Both the position numbers and the translations under genes were made by a program. A stretch of 63,778 nt of DNA, counting the filler, from Octopus bimaculoides (taxonomy: Eukaryota): NCBI RefSeq assembly GCF_001194135.2. It is 5 parts of 4 records of this genome, joined end to end, with 100 filler letters (N's around TTAATTAATTAA, not from the genome) between each part and the next. Parts side by side here need not be neighbours in the genome. Positions count along the whole stretch, not along the records: positions 1 to 21,640 come from NC_068991.1; positions 21,741 to 38,095 come from NC_069009.1; 3 more parts are not named here. The stretch is one strand, 5' to 3'. The notes under the pieces are model-generated. The model searched no databases. It was not told the origin of the DNA and was given only the letters and a program-made list of their open reading frames with translations. Below are positions 11,828 through 24,264 of this stretch, piece by piece (position 1 is the stretch's first letter; every line of letters starts with the position of its first letter).

Positions 11828-12171
11828 GCCAGACAACGCGAAGAATAAGGCGCGACCAAATCTGGTCCCACGTCGGAATCCTGTCAAAGGTTCTGTTAAT
11901 GATCCGAGGAAGAAAAAGCAGCGGAAGCAGGATGAAGCGGGGGAAAAAGAAAAAGAAGACGAGGAAGGAGAGGAGGAGGAAGAGGAGAAAGAACAGGTAG
12001 AGGAAGATCAGGAGGATGAAGCTGATGATTGTGATGATGATGGTGGTGGTGGCAGTGATGATTATGATGATGATGTTGATATGAAACAGAAGGGTCCAGA
12101 GAATGGGGATGATGATTCGGATGAGGAGAAAGAGAACAGCCTGGATGGTGGCAGCGGAACACCAAAGTCAG
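11828..12171 (+). CDS. WDHD1: WDHD1 exon encoding a basic then highly acidic linker (RPDNAKNKARPNLVPRRN...EEEEEEKEQVEEDQEDEADDCDDD...GTPKSG)
   Basis: tttccag|G ... TCA G|gtgagt, phase 2 to 1, open throughout and phase-compatible on both sides. The listed ORF 11800..12000 is the wrong frame. Confidence 0.82.
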
Positions 12172-12694
12172 GTGAGTGGAGATTCTTTATTCTTTTATTC
12201 TTTTACTTGTTTCAGTCACTTGACTGTGGCCATGCTGGGGCATCACTTTAAAGCGTTTTAGTGAAACAAATCAACCCTCAGGACTTATTCTTTGTAAGCC
12301 TAGTATTTATTCTATCGGTCTCTTTGGCCAAGCTGCTAAGTTACGGGGACGTAAACACACCAACACTGGATGTCAAGCGGTAATGGGGGACAAACACACA
12401 CACATACACAAATACACACGCACACACACACACACACTCTCACATGATGGGCTTCTTTCAGTTTCCGTCTACCAAATTCACTCACAAGGCTTTGGTTGGC
12501 CCGAAGCTATAACAGAAGACACTTACCCAAGGTACCATGCAGTAGGACTGAACCCAGAACCATGTGGTTCAGAAGCAAGCTTCATCTCGCACCTGGTGAA
12601 ATATTTACAACTGTTGCACAGTGTCAGGACAAAGAGGCACAATGCACGTGTGCATGCATACGCTGACACACACACACATACATATATTCAAACA

Positions 12695-12728
<34 letters not shown>

Positions 12729-12873
12729 AATGATAGGCTTCTTTTAGTTTCTTTTTACCAAATCCATTCACAAAGCTTTGGTTGGCCTTGAGCTACAGCA
12801 GAAGACACTTTCTCTAAGCGCCATGCGTTGGAACTGAACTCAGAGCCACATGTTTAGGGAACAAACTTCTTAA

Positions 12874-13094
12874 CCCTTTCATGACTGTATTTATTTTGAG
12901 ATGCTCTGTGTTTCTCTCGATTATTTTAGATATAACAAAGAATTTAGTAAAATAACATACTTATCATTACGCTCATGTTAGGAAGATAAACTGTGACTAA
13001 GGTTTGGGGGAAGATTTTAATTCAGAATTTACGGAAACAAGACATTTGTACTACAGACCCAGAGCCTGTTTCAGCCGGGTTGGTGTCAAAAGGG
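12874..13094. mobile_element. piggyBac-like MITE
   Basis: TTAA at 12870-12873 and 13095-13098; termini CCCTTT...AAAGGG. A degraded relative lies at about 3930-4090. Confidence 0.8.
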
Positions 13095-13698
13095 TTAACC
13101 ACCCAGGTGCACATATATAAGTTCAGACACCACTGGAGCTGACTTCTGTTTTCATTCTTTTGAGGATCAGTAAAAATCAATACCAGTTATGTACTGAAAT
13201 AAGTGTAATCAATTTACTCCCTATCCTAAAGTTGCCAGCTTTGTGACAAAATTTGATACCTTTATAAGTACCAGTTGAGTACAGGGGTCAGTGTAATTGA
13301 CTTAACCTCTCCCCGAAATTGCTGGCCTTGTGCCAAAATTTGAAATTATTATCATCATCATCATCATCATCATCATCACCACCACCACCATTATTATTAT
13401 TATTATTATTATTATTAAGGTGGCGAGCTGGGAGAATTGTTAGCATGCCGGCCAAAATACTCAGTGTTTCGTCCAGCTCTACGTTCTGAGTTCAAATTCC
13501 ACCCTGGTCAACTTTGCCTTTCATCCTTTTGGGGGTCAATAAAATAAGCACCAGCCGAGCATTGGGGGTCGATGTAATCAACTTATTTCCTTCCCAGAAA
13601 TGACTAGCCTTGTGCCAAAATTTGAAATAATCATCATCCTTATTATTATTATTATTATTATCTTTATCATTATTACTTCTGTTTCTTTTGTGTTGCAG

Positions 13699-13772
13699 GT
13701 AAAAGAGAGAAGAAAGGCACCTCATCTCCAACAGTTTTCCCCTCATCAAGCAATGTAACAAACCCTTTCAAA
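13699..13772 (+). CDS. WDHD1: WDHD1 exon (GKREKKGTSSPTVFPSSSNVTNPFK)
   Basis: gttgcag|GT ... AAA|gtaaga, phase 1 to 0; NPFK motif as in the And-1 linker. Confidence 0.88.
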
Positions 13773-13889
13773 GTAAGATATTTTAGGGTTTCTATGTTTT
13801 GGAGGAAGAAATGATCACTTCATTTGTTTCCTTTTAGTTGTTACGATTTTCTGTTTTTAATTATATCGTTTTCATTTTGTAATCCCATA

Positions 13890-14110
13890 AACCCCAAAAG
13901 TCCCTTAAATTTCATAAATCTCATATATCCCATAAATCTCATAAATCTTGTGAATCTCATAAATGCAATAAATATCATAAATCCTATAAATCAACATGAA
14001 TATTGTAGATCCCATAAATTCCATAAATCTCATAAATCCAACAAATCCCATAAATATCCTAAATTCTATAAATCCTTTATATCCCAGGAGTTCCATAAAT
14101 CCCATAAGAG
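13890..14110. repeat. Degenerate 9-bp minisatellite (cccataaat/ctcataaat)
   Basis: Visible periodicity; source of the INPINPIN-type spurious ORFs. Confidence 0.85.
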
Positions 14111-14199
14111 CTCTGTGGATGTGTGTGTGTGTGTATGTGCACATGTTTTTCTGTCTGATTATGCTGACCCCCTCATTTTAAATTGATTTATGTTAACAG

Positions 14200-14328
14200 A
14201 TTGGGACCCCACAGAAACCCCTCCCGGCCATGAAAGGTACTCAGGTTTTTGATTCCATGACTCGAAGTAAACCAGTGAAGCTGTTGAGTTCTTCTGAAGC
14301 CGTTAAGCTGAAGACGGGATCACGGAAG
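14200..14328 (+). CDS. WDHD1: WDHD1 exon (IGTPQKPLPAMKGTQVFDSMTRSKPVKLLSSSEAVKLKTGSRK)
   Basis: gttaacag|ATT ... AAG|gtaggt, 129 nt, phase 0 to 0. Confidence 0.82.
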
Positions 14329-14340
14329 GTAGGTCTTTCC

Positions 14341-14359
14341 TCTGTCATCATCATCGTCG

Positions 14360-14392
<33 letters not shown>

Positions 14393-14670
14393 CTATCAAC
14401 ATCATCATCATCATCATCATCACTATCAACATCATCATCACTATCAACATCATCATCATCATCATCACTATCAACATCATCATCACTATCAACATCATCA
14501 TCATCATCTTCACTATCAACATCATCATCATCACTATCAACATCATCATCATCATCATCATCATCACCACTATCATCATCACCATCATCACCATCATCAC
14601 TATCAACATCATCATCACTATCAACATCATCATCATCTTCACTATCAACATCATCATCATCATCATCACT
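14341..14670. repeat. (ATC)n microsatellite with higher-order ACTATCAAC interruptions, running into the gap; a (CCT)n-derived repeat continues at 15579-15720
   Basis: Directly visible. Confidence 0.9.
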
Positions 14671-16126
14671 NNNNNNNNNNNNNNNNNNNNNNNNNNNNNN
14701 NNNNNNNNNNNNNNNNNNNNNNNNNNNNNNNNNNNNNNNNNNNNNNNNNNNNNNNNNNNNNNNNNNNNNNNNNNNNNNNNNNNNNNNNNNNNNNNNNNNN
14801 NNNNNNNNNNNNNNNNNNNNNNNNNNNNNNNNNNNNNNNNNNNNNNNNNNNNNNNNNNNNNNNNNNNNNNNNNNNNNNNNNNNNNNNNNNNNNNNNNNNN
14901 NNNNNNNNNNNNNNNNNNNNNNNNNNNNNNNNNNNNNNNNNNNNNNNNNNNNNNNNNNNNNNNNNNNNNNNNNNNNNNNNNNNNNNNNNNNNNNNNNNNN
15001 NNNNNNNNNNNNNNNNNNNNNNNNNNNNNNNNNNNNNNNNNNNNNNNNNNNNNNNNNNNNNNNNNNNNNNNNNNNNNNNNNNNNNNNNNNNNNNNNNNNN
15101 NNNNNNNNNNNNNNNNNNNNNNNNNNNNNNNNNNNNNNNNNNNNNNNNNNNNNNNNNNNNNNNNNNNNNNNNNNNNNNNNNNNNNNNNNNNNNNNNNNNN
15201 NNNNNNNNNNNNNNNNNNNNNNNNNNNNNNNNNNNNNNNNNNNNNNNNNNNNNNNNNNNNNNNNNNNNNNNNNNNNNNNNNNNNNNNNNNNNNNNNNNNN
15301 NNNNNNNNNNNNNNNNNNNNNNNNNNNNNNNNNNNNNNNNNNNNNNNNNNNNNNNNNNNNNNNNNNNNNNNNNNNNNNNNNNNNNNNNNNNNNNNNNNNN
15401 NNNNNNNNNNNNNNNNNNNNNNNNNNNNNNNNNNNNNNNNNNNNNNNNNNNNNNNNNNNNNNNNNNNNNNNNNNNNNNNNNNNNNNNNNNNNNNNNNNNN
15501 NNNNNNNNNNNNNNNNNNNNNNNNNNNNNNNNNNNNNNNNNNNNNNNNNNNNNNNNNNNNNNNNNNNNNNNNNNNNNNTCCTACCTCCTCCTCCTCTCCT
15601 ACCTCCTCCTCCTCTCCTACCTCCTCCTCCTCTCCTACCTCCTCCTCCTCTCCTACCTCCTCCTCTCCTGCCTCCTCCTTTCCTACCTCCTCTCCTTCTT
15701 CCTTCTCCTCACCACCACCACCATGATTCTCAATATTGTCACTTATGGAGTTCAACTTTACCTGTGATCCCTCTGGGGGTCGGTGACTAAAGTACCAGTC
15801 CAGAGTCATGAACTTACAGAATCAGGGGATCATTAGTGTTCTTCTGGCTCTTTGTGTTTTGATTTCAAATCCTTCTCTTGCCTACAACCGGCCTATTGAT
15901 TCAATAATCTTTTCTTGAAAACAAGAAACAGTCAAATTTAGCCCAAACACCTTGTATATTACAGCGCTAGAGGAGAAGACACTTGCTAAAGGTGTTGTGC
16001 AGTGCAACTGCATCTCAAACAATGTGATTGTTCAACCACACAACCATGCACGTTCTTATGTTTCGTTTTGTCCATTGTATTTTTCTTTTTAAATTGTGAT
16101 TGTGGTGTTTTTCTTTTTGTTTTCAG

Positions 16127-16268
16127 TGTTCCAGTGAAATCTGGTTTTTCCGCCTGGTTTAAAGAAAACAAAGATGACCTTGAACAAGAAAACCCTGACA
16201 TGTCAGCAGACGAACTGAAACAGTTGGCAACAAGCAGATACAAGGAACTTTCCAGTGAAGAAAAAGAG
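16127..16268 (+). CDS. WDHD1: WDHD1 HMG-box exon (VPVKSGFSAWFKENKDDLEQENPDMSADELKQLATSRYKELSSEEKE)
   Basis: ttttcag|T ... GAG|gtgagg, phase 2 to 0; And-1 HMG-box pattern KxGFxxWxxEN...NPD...LSxEE. Confidence 0.92.
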
Positions 16269-17263
16269 GTGAGGGAGGTTTCGCTTGATGCACAGAAATG
16301 GCATGTACTCACACATACATAGGTAGAGGTAAACTTTTGTGTGTGAACACTGACAGCACTGCAACAATGTATGTGCGAAAACACACTCACACATACATGC
16401 ACTTTTGTGTGTGTGTGTATTTATTTATGTATGTATTCATGCATGCATGGCATATAAGATACACTTTTTTTTTCCCTGAAAAATGTCTCAAAAAAATCAC
16501 CCTGGGCTCTACATATGAAGGTTGAGCCTACATTAAATGCTTTAAAAAATTTTCCTGAATACATACTGTTCAAACTGGGGTGCGTTTAATATACTATCAA
16601 ATAGGGTGTGTGTGTGTGTGTGTATATGTGCCCGTGACATGTGTAAGGATTTTCGAGTGAGATCGTTGCCAGTGCCCCTGGACTGGCTCTTGCGTGGGTG
16701 GCACATAAAATACACCATTTTGAGCGTGGCCGTTGCCAGTACCGCCTGCTGGCCTTCGTGCGGGTGGCACGTAAAAGCACCCACTACATTCTCATTGAGT
16801 GGTTGGCGTTAGGAAGGGTATCCAGCCGTAGAAACTCTGCCAAATCAGATTGGAGCCTGGTGTAGCCATCTGGTTTCACCAGTCCTCAGTCAAATCGTCC
16901 AACCCATGCTATCATGGAAAGCGGACGTTAAACGATGATGATGATGATGATATATATATATAAAATTAACAGAATGAGATAAAAATCCAAGGTTATGAAA
17001 GATTTTAGAACATTTATAAATAAAAGGTCTTACAGCTGTTTCTGGGATATTTTATATATCCCTTCATCGGTTATTCTAGATAAAATATGAAATAGAGAGT
17101 GAAGTGGAGGAATGAATATAGATGTGAGATATGCAGGGATATTGCATCTACAGATCCATTATTTAGGCAGAATGGTATACATATAATATTCCTGTACATT
17201 GTAAGTTCCAATAGTAGATATATATAACCCATGCTAGCATGGAAAGCGGACGTTAAACGAAGA

Positions 17264-17298
<35 letters not shown>

Positions 17299-18983
17299 TA
17301 TGTATGTATAAGACAAGAAATAATTTTTGCCTCTTTTTATGGCGACAAAAGGAATTGTAGAACTGCAAAAAAGAAGTGCTTAAATGAAATTGAGACAGAA
17401 ACCAAAAATATTGATTAAAGAACAAACATCAAATTCGGGTCAATGACTTTATATAAAACACCATGCTTCCATACATTTCATCAAATATAAACATTATCAC
17501 GGCCTCCGACACATAAAAGGAATACATATAAAAGCACAGAAGGTAAAAAATATATATATGCACATAAAAATACAAGTTATATAGAAACGCCTGTCAAGAA
17601 AAGATACATACAAATCGACTAAAATAAGTAATGAAAATAAATTACTAAAACGTGTCAAGCGACTAAAAAATATCAATAGACTAAAGGCGAGGAGGAGGAG
17701 NNNNNNNNNNNNNNNNNNNNNNNNNNNNNNNNNNNNNNNNNNNNNNNNNNNNNNNNNNNNNNNNNNNNNNNNNNNNNNNNNNNNNNNNNNNNNNNNNNNN
17801 TATATATATATATATAAATTCATACACGCACATAAATATATATATATATACATATATATATATAAATTCATACACGCACATAAATATATATATATATATC
17901 ATTGTTCTGATGTATAGTTTTCCATGGTAGCTTGGTCAAGGTGAATTTGGTAGACAGACTATAAGATGCCTGTCATGCATATGTATGTGTATGTGTGGTA
18001 GTGATGGTATGTGTGTGTGTGTGTGTGTGTGTGTTAACATCAGTGTAACATCAGTGTTTGTTAACAAATTCACCATTCATGCGAAAACAGTGTCAGTTGT
18101 GTGTGCAGTCTTCTGTGAAAACGTGTCTGGCTATTTGCACTATTCATGTTCAAAAATGACGTAGGAGGTGGGGATGGGAATAATGCCTCACTTGGAAATG
18201 GATGAAGTTTGGTGACAAGGAAAAAAAAAAAAAAAAAGAACCCTTCCCCCCCATCTGACCATAAGAAAATCTTCCCCCAACGAGTTTCGTCTGGTTCATG
18301 CAAGAATGGAAAAGTAGATGTTAAAAATGATGCTGATTCTCATGATGAAGATGACACACGTTATTGTTACGTACACAAACACACTCAAAGACTTTCCTTG
18401 TTTTAACCCAATCAATACAAAATCAATACAAACCCATTAGGTCTTTTCATCTTTTATACTTGACATCTTATTAAATGATGAGATTGCTTCTGTTGTTGTT
18501 GATTGGTCAGTTGTTCAGTGCAGATGTTGTGGTGGTGGTTGTGTTGGTGGTGCTGGCATTGGTGGTGGGGATAGTAATTGATGTGGATGTAGTGATTGTG
18601 GTAGAGGTAGTAGAAATGGTGGTTGTAGTAGTCGTGGTAGTAGTCGTGATGGTATTGGTGCTGAGGATGGTAGTGGTGGTGGTGTTAGGATGTTAACTGT
18701 GCTGGTAGTGCTAGTGATACTGGTATTAGTGGTAGTCAATTGTGCTGGATGTGGAGTTGCATGGCTTAATGGTTAGGGTGCTGGACTCATGGTCATAAGA
18801 TTGTGGTTTCGTTCCTTGGACCAGGCAATGCATTGTGTTCTTGAGCAAAACACTTCACTTCATGTGACCCCAGCCCACTTAGCTGGCAGAAATGGAGGTG
18901 GCAGTAATGACCAATGGCCTCCTTGCGCCATTGGTACATAGATGGTTGGTCTTACATTGTCCATATTTATGTCTCTTTTGTAG

Positions 18984-19193
18984 ATTTGGTCACAGAAGGT
19001 GAATGATAAATCTGAAGAGGTCAAGACTGCGAAGAAACGTAAACGAGCTAATGAGGAATCTCTAAATGGTGGTGGTGGTGATGGTGGCAGTGGTAACAAG
19101 GAATCAGGTCGGCAGAATGGCAAGAAGAAGAAGAAGATTTTATCACAGGAAACAAATTCTAAACTGATTAATTTTATGTTCAAAAAAGACTAA
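18984..19193 (+). CDS. WDHD1: WDHD1 terminal coding exon (IWSQKVNDKSEEVKTAKKRKR...ETNSKLINFMFKKD*)
   Basis: ttttgtag|ATT, phase 0, stop TAA at 19191-19193. It completes the HMG box (W..K), has a KKRKR NLS-like motif, and ends in KLxxFxFK like the vertebrate And-1 C-terminus as I recall it. Confidence 0.92.
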   Translation: MWSQKVNDKSEEVKTAKKRKRANEESLNGGGGDGGSGNKESGRQNGKKKKKILSQETNSKLINFMFKKD

Positions 19194-19600
19194 TGGACAT
19201 GAAATATTAGATCATTGTATAAAGCATATAGTCACATTTTCACACTCATTCATTCATATATACACACACATATACATACACACACATACATACACACATA
19301 CACACACACACACGCACACGTGTGTATTTAATGTGTGTGTTTATATATACATATATGCAGATAATATTGCATTACTTTGTAGCTCACTCTCGTATATATA
19401 TGTGCGTGTGTGTGTGTGTGTGCGTGCGCGCGCATGTAAATGTATTTATATTTGTGTGTTGTGTATATATAGATATGTTATGTTTAGTGTTGACTTTCGG
19501 AAGATAGACAATTCAACACCATAACAAGAGACTGACTCAACTAAAATAATGATAAAAACAACAATAATTACACACACACACATATGTATATACATATACA

Positions 19601-19635
<35 letters not shown>

Positions 19636-19913
19636 NNNNNNNNNNNNNNNNNNNNNNNNNNNNNNNNNNNNNNNNNNNNNNNNNNNNNNNNNNNNNNNNN
19701 NNNNNNNNNNNNNNNNNNNNNNNNNNNNNNNNNNNNNNNNNNNNNNNNNNNNNNNNNNNNNNNNNNNNNNNNNNNNNNNNNNNNNNNNNNNNNNNNNNNN
19801 NNNNNNNNNNNNNNNNNNNNNNNNNNNNNNNNNNNNNNNNNNNNNNNNNNNNNNNNNNNNNNNNNNNNNNNNNNNNNNNNNNNNNNNNNNNNNNNNNNNN
19901 NNNNNNNNNNNNN

Positions 19914-19956
<43 letters not shown>

Positions 19957-19961
19957 ATATA

Positions 19962-19995
<34 letters not shown>

Positions 19996-20012
19996 TCAGT
20001 AAATGTTTTATT

Positions 20013-20253
20013 CACTGTTTTCTATATCAGAGGAAACACATCTTTTCTAGGCATGTTCTCGGCAGTGATTATGTTATAGATAAGCATGAACCAGGCCGAA
20101 ATGCATCTTGTCTTCTTGCTAGCCGCTGGTGGGAGAATATTTGTCTTCCTCCCATGTGTATAGTGTCTTTAAACACAACACTTCCATAACAAGGATGTTA
20201 TCTCAGACAAATACCACAGTAACTTATTTGCCTGTCAAAGATGTATCTATACA
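20013..20253. repeat. Local duplication, copy 1 (copy 2 at 21097-21322)
   Basis: Two diverged copies of a non-microsatellite 226-241 bp sequence about 1.1 kb apart; copy 1 has an extra short internal segment. Confidence 0.9.
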
Positions 20254-20418
20254 TAAAGTATGATATGTATGTATGTATGTATGTTTGTTTGTTTGTTAAG
20301 CACTAATGATATGCAAATTAGTGGCACCAGTTCTCTGGAGCTACTAGATTTCATGCGTATATAAACAGAATGATTACTTGTTTTTTGTGGGATTAGTCAG
20401 TGATGTACATGTACACAC

Positions 20419-20479
20419 CTCTGATGAGATCCCAATTAGACCCGAAAATTGAATATGGCTGTTCATCATATCCTTCAGT
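20419..20479 (-). other. Candidate exon of an unidentified minus-strand transcript (TEGYDEQPYSIFGSNWDLIR(G) in phase 0)
   Basis: Acceptor tttacttgttcctctgtag and donor GAG|gtgtgt. No homology recognised; the + strand could instead be a decayed hammerhead core. Confidence 0.25.
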
Positions 20480-20614
20480 CTACAGAGGAACAAGTAAATT
20501 TGACATGTTTGTATGTCTAGTATATAGGTTTACGCACACCCACCCACATATATATGTATATATGTGTACTCCATTACATATACAGGATACGTTTCCTCAT
20601 TCCGTTAACCAAAG

Positions 20615-20651
<37 letters not shown>

Positions 20652-21339
20652 CACATCATCACAAAATGTTATTCACTGTATTGAATGTATATCCTGCGAA
20701 ATTATAGTATGTCTCCATGCTTGTGTGCTTATGTGTATATCGGTTGTTCTTATGTATATAACATGTATGATGTATGACAGCATGTGTGTATGTGTGCATT
20801 TGTGCTCTGTAGACTTCTCTATTCTCAAGAATTTCTCCATTCTCAAGACTACTTAACTCAGATCTTTTGGTGTGTATGAATTTTTACTTTTTTTTATCAC
20901 CATCACCACCACCATCATCATCATCATCATCATCATTGTTTTTATGCTCTTATTTTCTTCCATATTCCATACAGGTTGATCTGGTTTGCCAAGTACTAGC
21001 CTTGTTCACATTTCCTTATCCACAGGCCAACTTATAAAACAACCCAGGTTGCCATCTTTTGTTATTTTTGCATATACAATGACTTGTAGAAGCATCCACT
21101 GTTTTCTATATCAGAGGCATGTGCCTGGCAGTGATTATGTTATTGATAAGAATGAACCAGGCCGAAATGCATCTGGTGTTCTTGCTAACCGCTGCTGGGA
21201 GAATATATTCGTCTTCCTCCAATGTGTATAGTGTCTTTAAAACACAACACTTCCATAACAGGGATGTTATCTCAGACAAATACCACAGTAACTTATTTGC
21301 CTGTCAAAGATGTATCTATACACAGAGTTTGATACTAAA

Positions 21340-21572
21340 GGTAATAAGCTGGCAGAAACGTTAGCACGCTGGAAGAAATGCTTAGCAGTATTTCGTTTGA
21401 CTTTATGTTCTGAGTTCAAATTCAACCGAGGTCGACTTTGCCTTTCATCCTTTCGGGGTTGATAAATTAAGTACAAGTTATGCACTGGGGTCGATGTAAT
21501 CGACTTAATCCCTTTGTCTGTCGTCGTTTGTCCCCTCTATGTTTAGCCCCTTGTAGGCAATAAAGAAATAAG
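21340..21572 (+). mobile_element. Full-length family B SINE
   Basis: Head agctggcagaaacgttagc, central core, and caataaagaaataag tail. Confidence 0.85.
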
Positions 21573-21606
21573 AAACATCCACATGCACATAACCATTAAT
21601 AAACAT

Positions 21607-21640
<34 letters not shown>

Positions 21641-21740
21641 NNNNNNNNNNNNNNNNNNNNNNNNNNNNNNNNNNNNNNNNNNNNTTAATTAATTAANNNN
21701 NNNNNNNNNNNNNNNNNNNNNNNNNNNNNNNNNNNNNNNN
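21641..21740. other. Artificial scaffold-join spacer N44-TTAATTAATTAA-N44
   Basis: Exactly 100 bp with a six-frame-stop 12-mer; identical at three other sites. Confidence 0.93.
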
Positions 21741-22655
21741 TATATATATATATATAATAAGGTCCTAGAAGGGTAGAAAGAAACAGAATATTTCCAATGC
21801 AGCTCTCAACCCAAGCTTGAAATGTAGTCTTAAGTAATATCAAAATCCTTCAGGTGTAGAGAATCTACTTGTTACTTTGGTAAAACCAATGAGAAGGTTT
21901 AGCAAAGAGTAAAACATAATCCAAATAAGAAGAGAAAGACTTTATAAATTCATTTTTTGTCTCCTTATTTGAATTACGTGTGTGAGTGTGTGTGTGTGTG
22001 CATGCGTGCGTGTACGTAAGGAGTGTTTTGAGAAAGATTTGAGACAGATTTGACTGCTACTTCTACCAGGTCTAGCTATGATATAGAGTTTTCCTGTATT
22101 GGCACATCTCTCTCCCACATACACACACACACACTTTTGTATATGCATATACCTCAGAACACAGACCAGTACACACAACCAAACAACTCACACACACATT
22201 AACACATATATGCACATATATAGATATACACACACAGAGGCACACAGAAACACATACACATGTATACATATACCTACCCATGCATGCAAACATCCACTAG
22301 ATCACACACGCGCGCGCGCACACCCATCTACATATACACACACAAGGACACACACATACACTTGATCACACACAACCACATACACATATACACGCACAGA
22401 GTGAATATATATATAGCATCAGTAAGTGACATCCAACAAATGTACCGTTAGTCTCTCCTGACAGACAGACTGATAAATAGACCTAACTAAGGGATAATAA
22501 ATAACACTTTAAATCAAGGGTAGACTACCCCATCCATCTATGTATACACCCTCTTCTACACTCCTTGGAAAATATACATATATATATGCATATATACACA
22601 TACACATATTCCAACAATGTAGCTATATATGTATCTGTTTGTGTGCATGTGTGTA

Positions 22656-22696
<41 letters not shown>

Positions 22697-23097
22697 TCTT
22701 TTATACTTGTTTCAGTCATTTTGACTACAGCCATGCTGGAGCCCCGCCTTTAGTTAAAAAATCGACCCCAGGATTTATTCTTTGTGAGCCTAGTACTTGT
22801 TATATTGGTCTCTTTTACTGAAGTTACAGGTTGTCAAGCAATGGTGGGAAGACAAACACAAGCACGCATATATGCAACGCGCTTCTTTCAGTTTCCGTCT
22901 ACCAAATCCACTCACAAGGCTTTGGTCAGCCCGAGGCTATAGTAGAAGACACTTGCCCAAGGTGCCATGCAATGGGATTGAACCCAGAACCATGTGGTTG
23001 GTAACCAAGCTACTTACCACACTGCCACTCCTGCACCTATATATATTTATAAATATTTTAATGTATCGAGGAAATGAATGTCTGCACAAAGACTCAC

Positions 23098-23141
23098 CTG
23101 ATGTCCATAGATATGGACTGTAATCATCCCAGGAATATGGA
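23098..23141 (-). other. Candidate 44-nt minus-strand exon (PYSWDDYSPYLWTS)
   Basis: Acceptor cattttttgtgaccgtag and consensus donor CAG|gtgagt; open in phase 2 to 1. No homology recognised. Confidence 0.25.
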
Positions 23142-23738
23142 CTACGGTCACAAAAAATGTGATTTATGGAAATACACGCAGTAATATATTAAAGTATCTA
23201 TGAATTCCATCCATGGATTATTATTATTACTATATCTATCCTACATTATATTGCAGCAGCTCAGTACAATCCCATAAAACTGTTGTTGTAAGTTGCAATC
23301 ACCAGGTTGTAGCCAACATAACATAGGAGCTTTTATATGCGTACTCAAAAACATTTCCTATAATGAACTTAAAGGATATATATATATATATATATATACA
23401 GCATTAACTTTTTACAAGGAAAACGTCTCAGTAACTTTCTGACAGTGCCTGATGAAAGTAAGCAAGCTAAATTTCAGAGTTTAATAGGTGCAGATGTGAC
23501 TGTGTGGTAAGAAGTTTACTTCTTAGCCACAGGCTTTTGGATTCAGCTCCACCGTGTGGCAACTTGAGCAAGAGTCTTTTACTATAGCATCAGGACAATC
23601 AAAACCTTTTGATTGGATTTGGTAGACAGAAACTGAAAGAAGCCTGTTGTGTATATATATATANNNNNNNNNNNNNNNNNNNNNNNNNNNNNNNNNNNNN
23701 NNNNNNNNNNNNNNNNNNNNNNNNNNNNNNNNNNNNNN

Positions 23739-23769
<31 letters not shown>

Positions 23770-23878
23770 AGAGATAGATAGATATATACACACACATATA
23801 AATGCATGTACTTTTTTTTTTTACTTTTACTTGTTTCAGTCATTTGATTGTGGCCATACTGCTGCACCACCTTGTGTG

Positions 23879-23924
<46 letters not shown>

Positions 23925-24264
23925 CATATACACAAATGCATATATACATATATATACTTATACACACACACACATACACACATATATATAAAGTCTGTCT
24001 AAAAGTCCATAAGTCAGGAAAAATGTACTTGTATATCTGCCAGTAGAATGAGTATATTAATCAAAGTATACAATTTTATATATCCATTTTGGCTGATCTT
24101 ACCAATCAGTTATACACTAGGGGTTCAACATTATGGCTACCTCTGATGAGTGCAGGGCTACATAATTGGACTATTGCCTAACACTCCGTTGAACGCCTGG
24201 TGCTAAACTGATTGGCAAGATCTGTCATAATGAATGCATAATATTTTACACTTCGATTAATATA

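Noticed and set aside
18061-18406. Possible alternative last exon of WDHD1 (KKKKKKNPSPPSDHKK...)
   Set aside because: No phase-0 acceptor opens this frame, and the lysine run is a poly-A tract.
20420-20460. CTGATGA...CGAAA as a fourth hammerhead
   Set aside because: Stem II pairs poorly and stem I does not pair; kept only as an alternative reading of the candidate exon.
23249-24230. Minus-strand pseudo-exons with good splice sites whose best frame has only TAG/TGA stops (also about 37400-37458), suggesting stop-to-Trp rescue by A-to-I editing
   Set aside because: Frames were chosen after the fact, several alternative exon chains fit equally well, and no homology was recognised, so chance is a sufficient explanation. 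Only RNA evidence could revive this.
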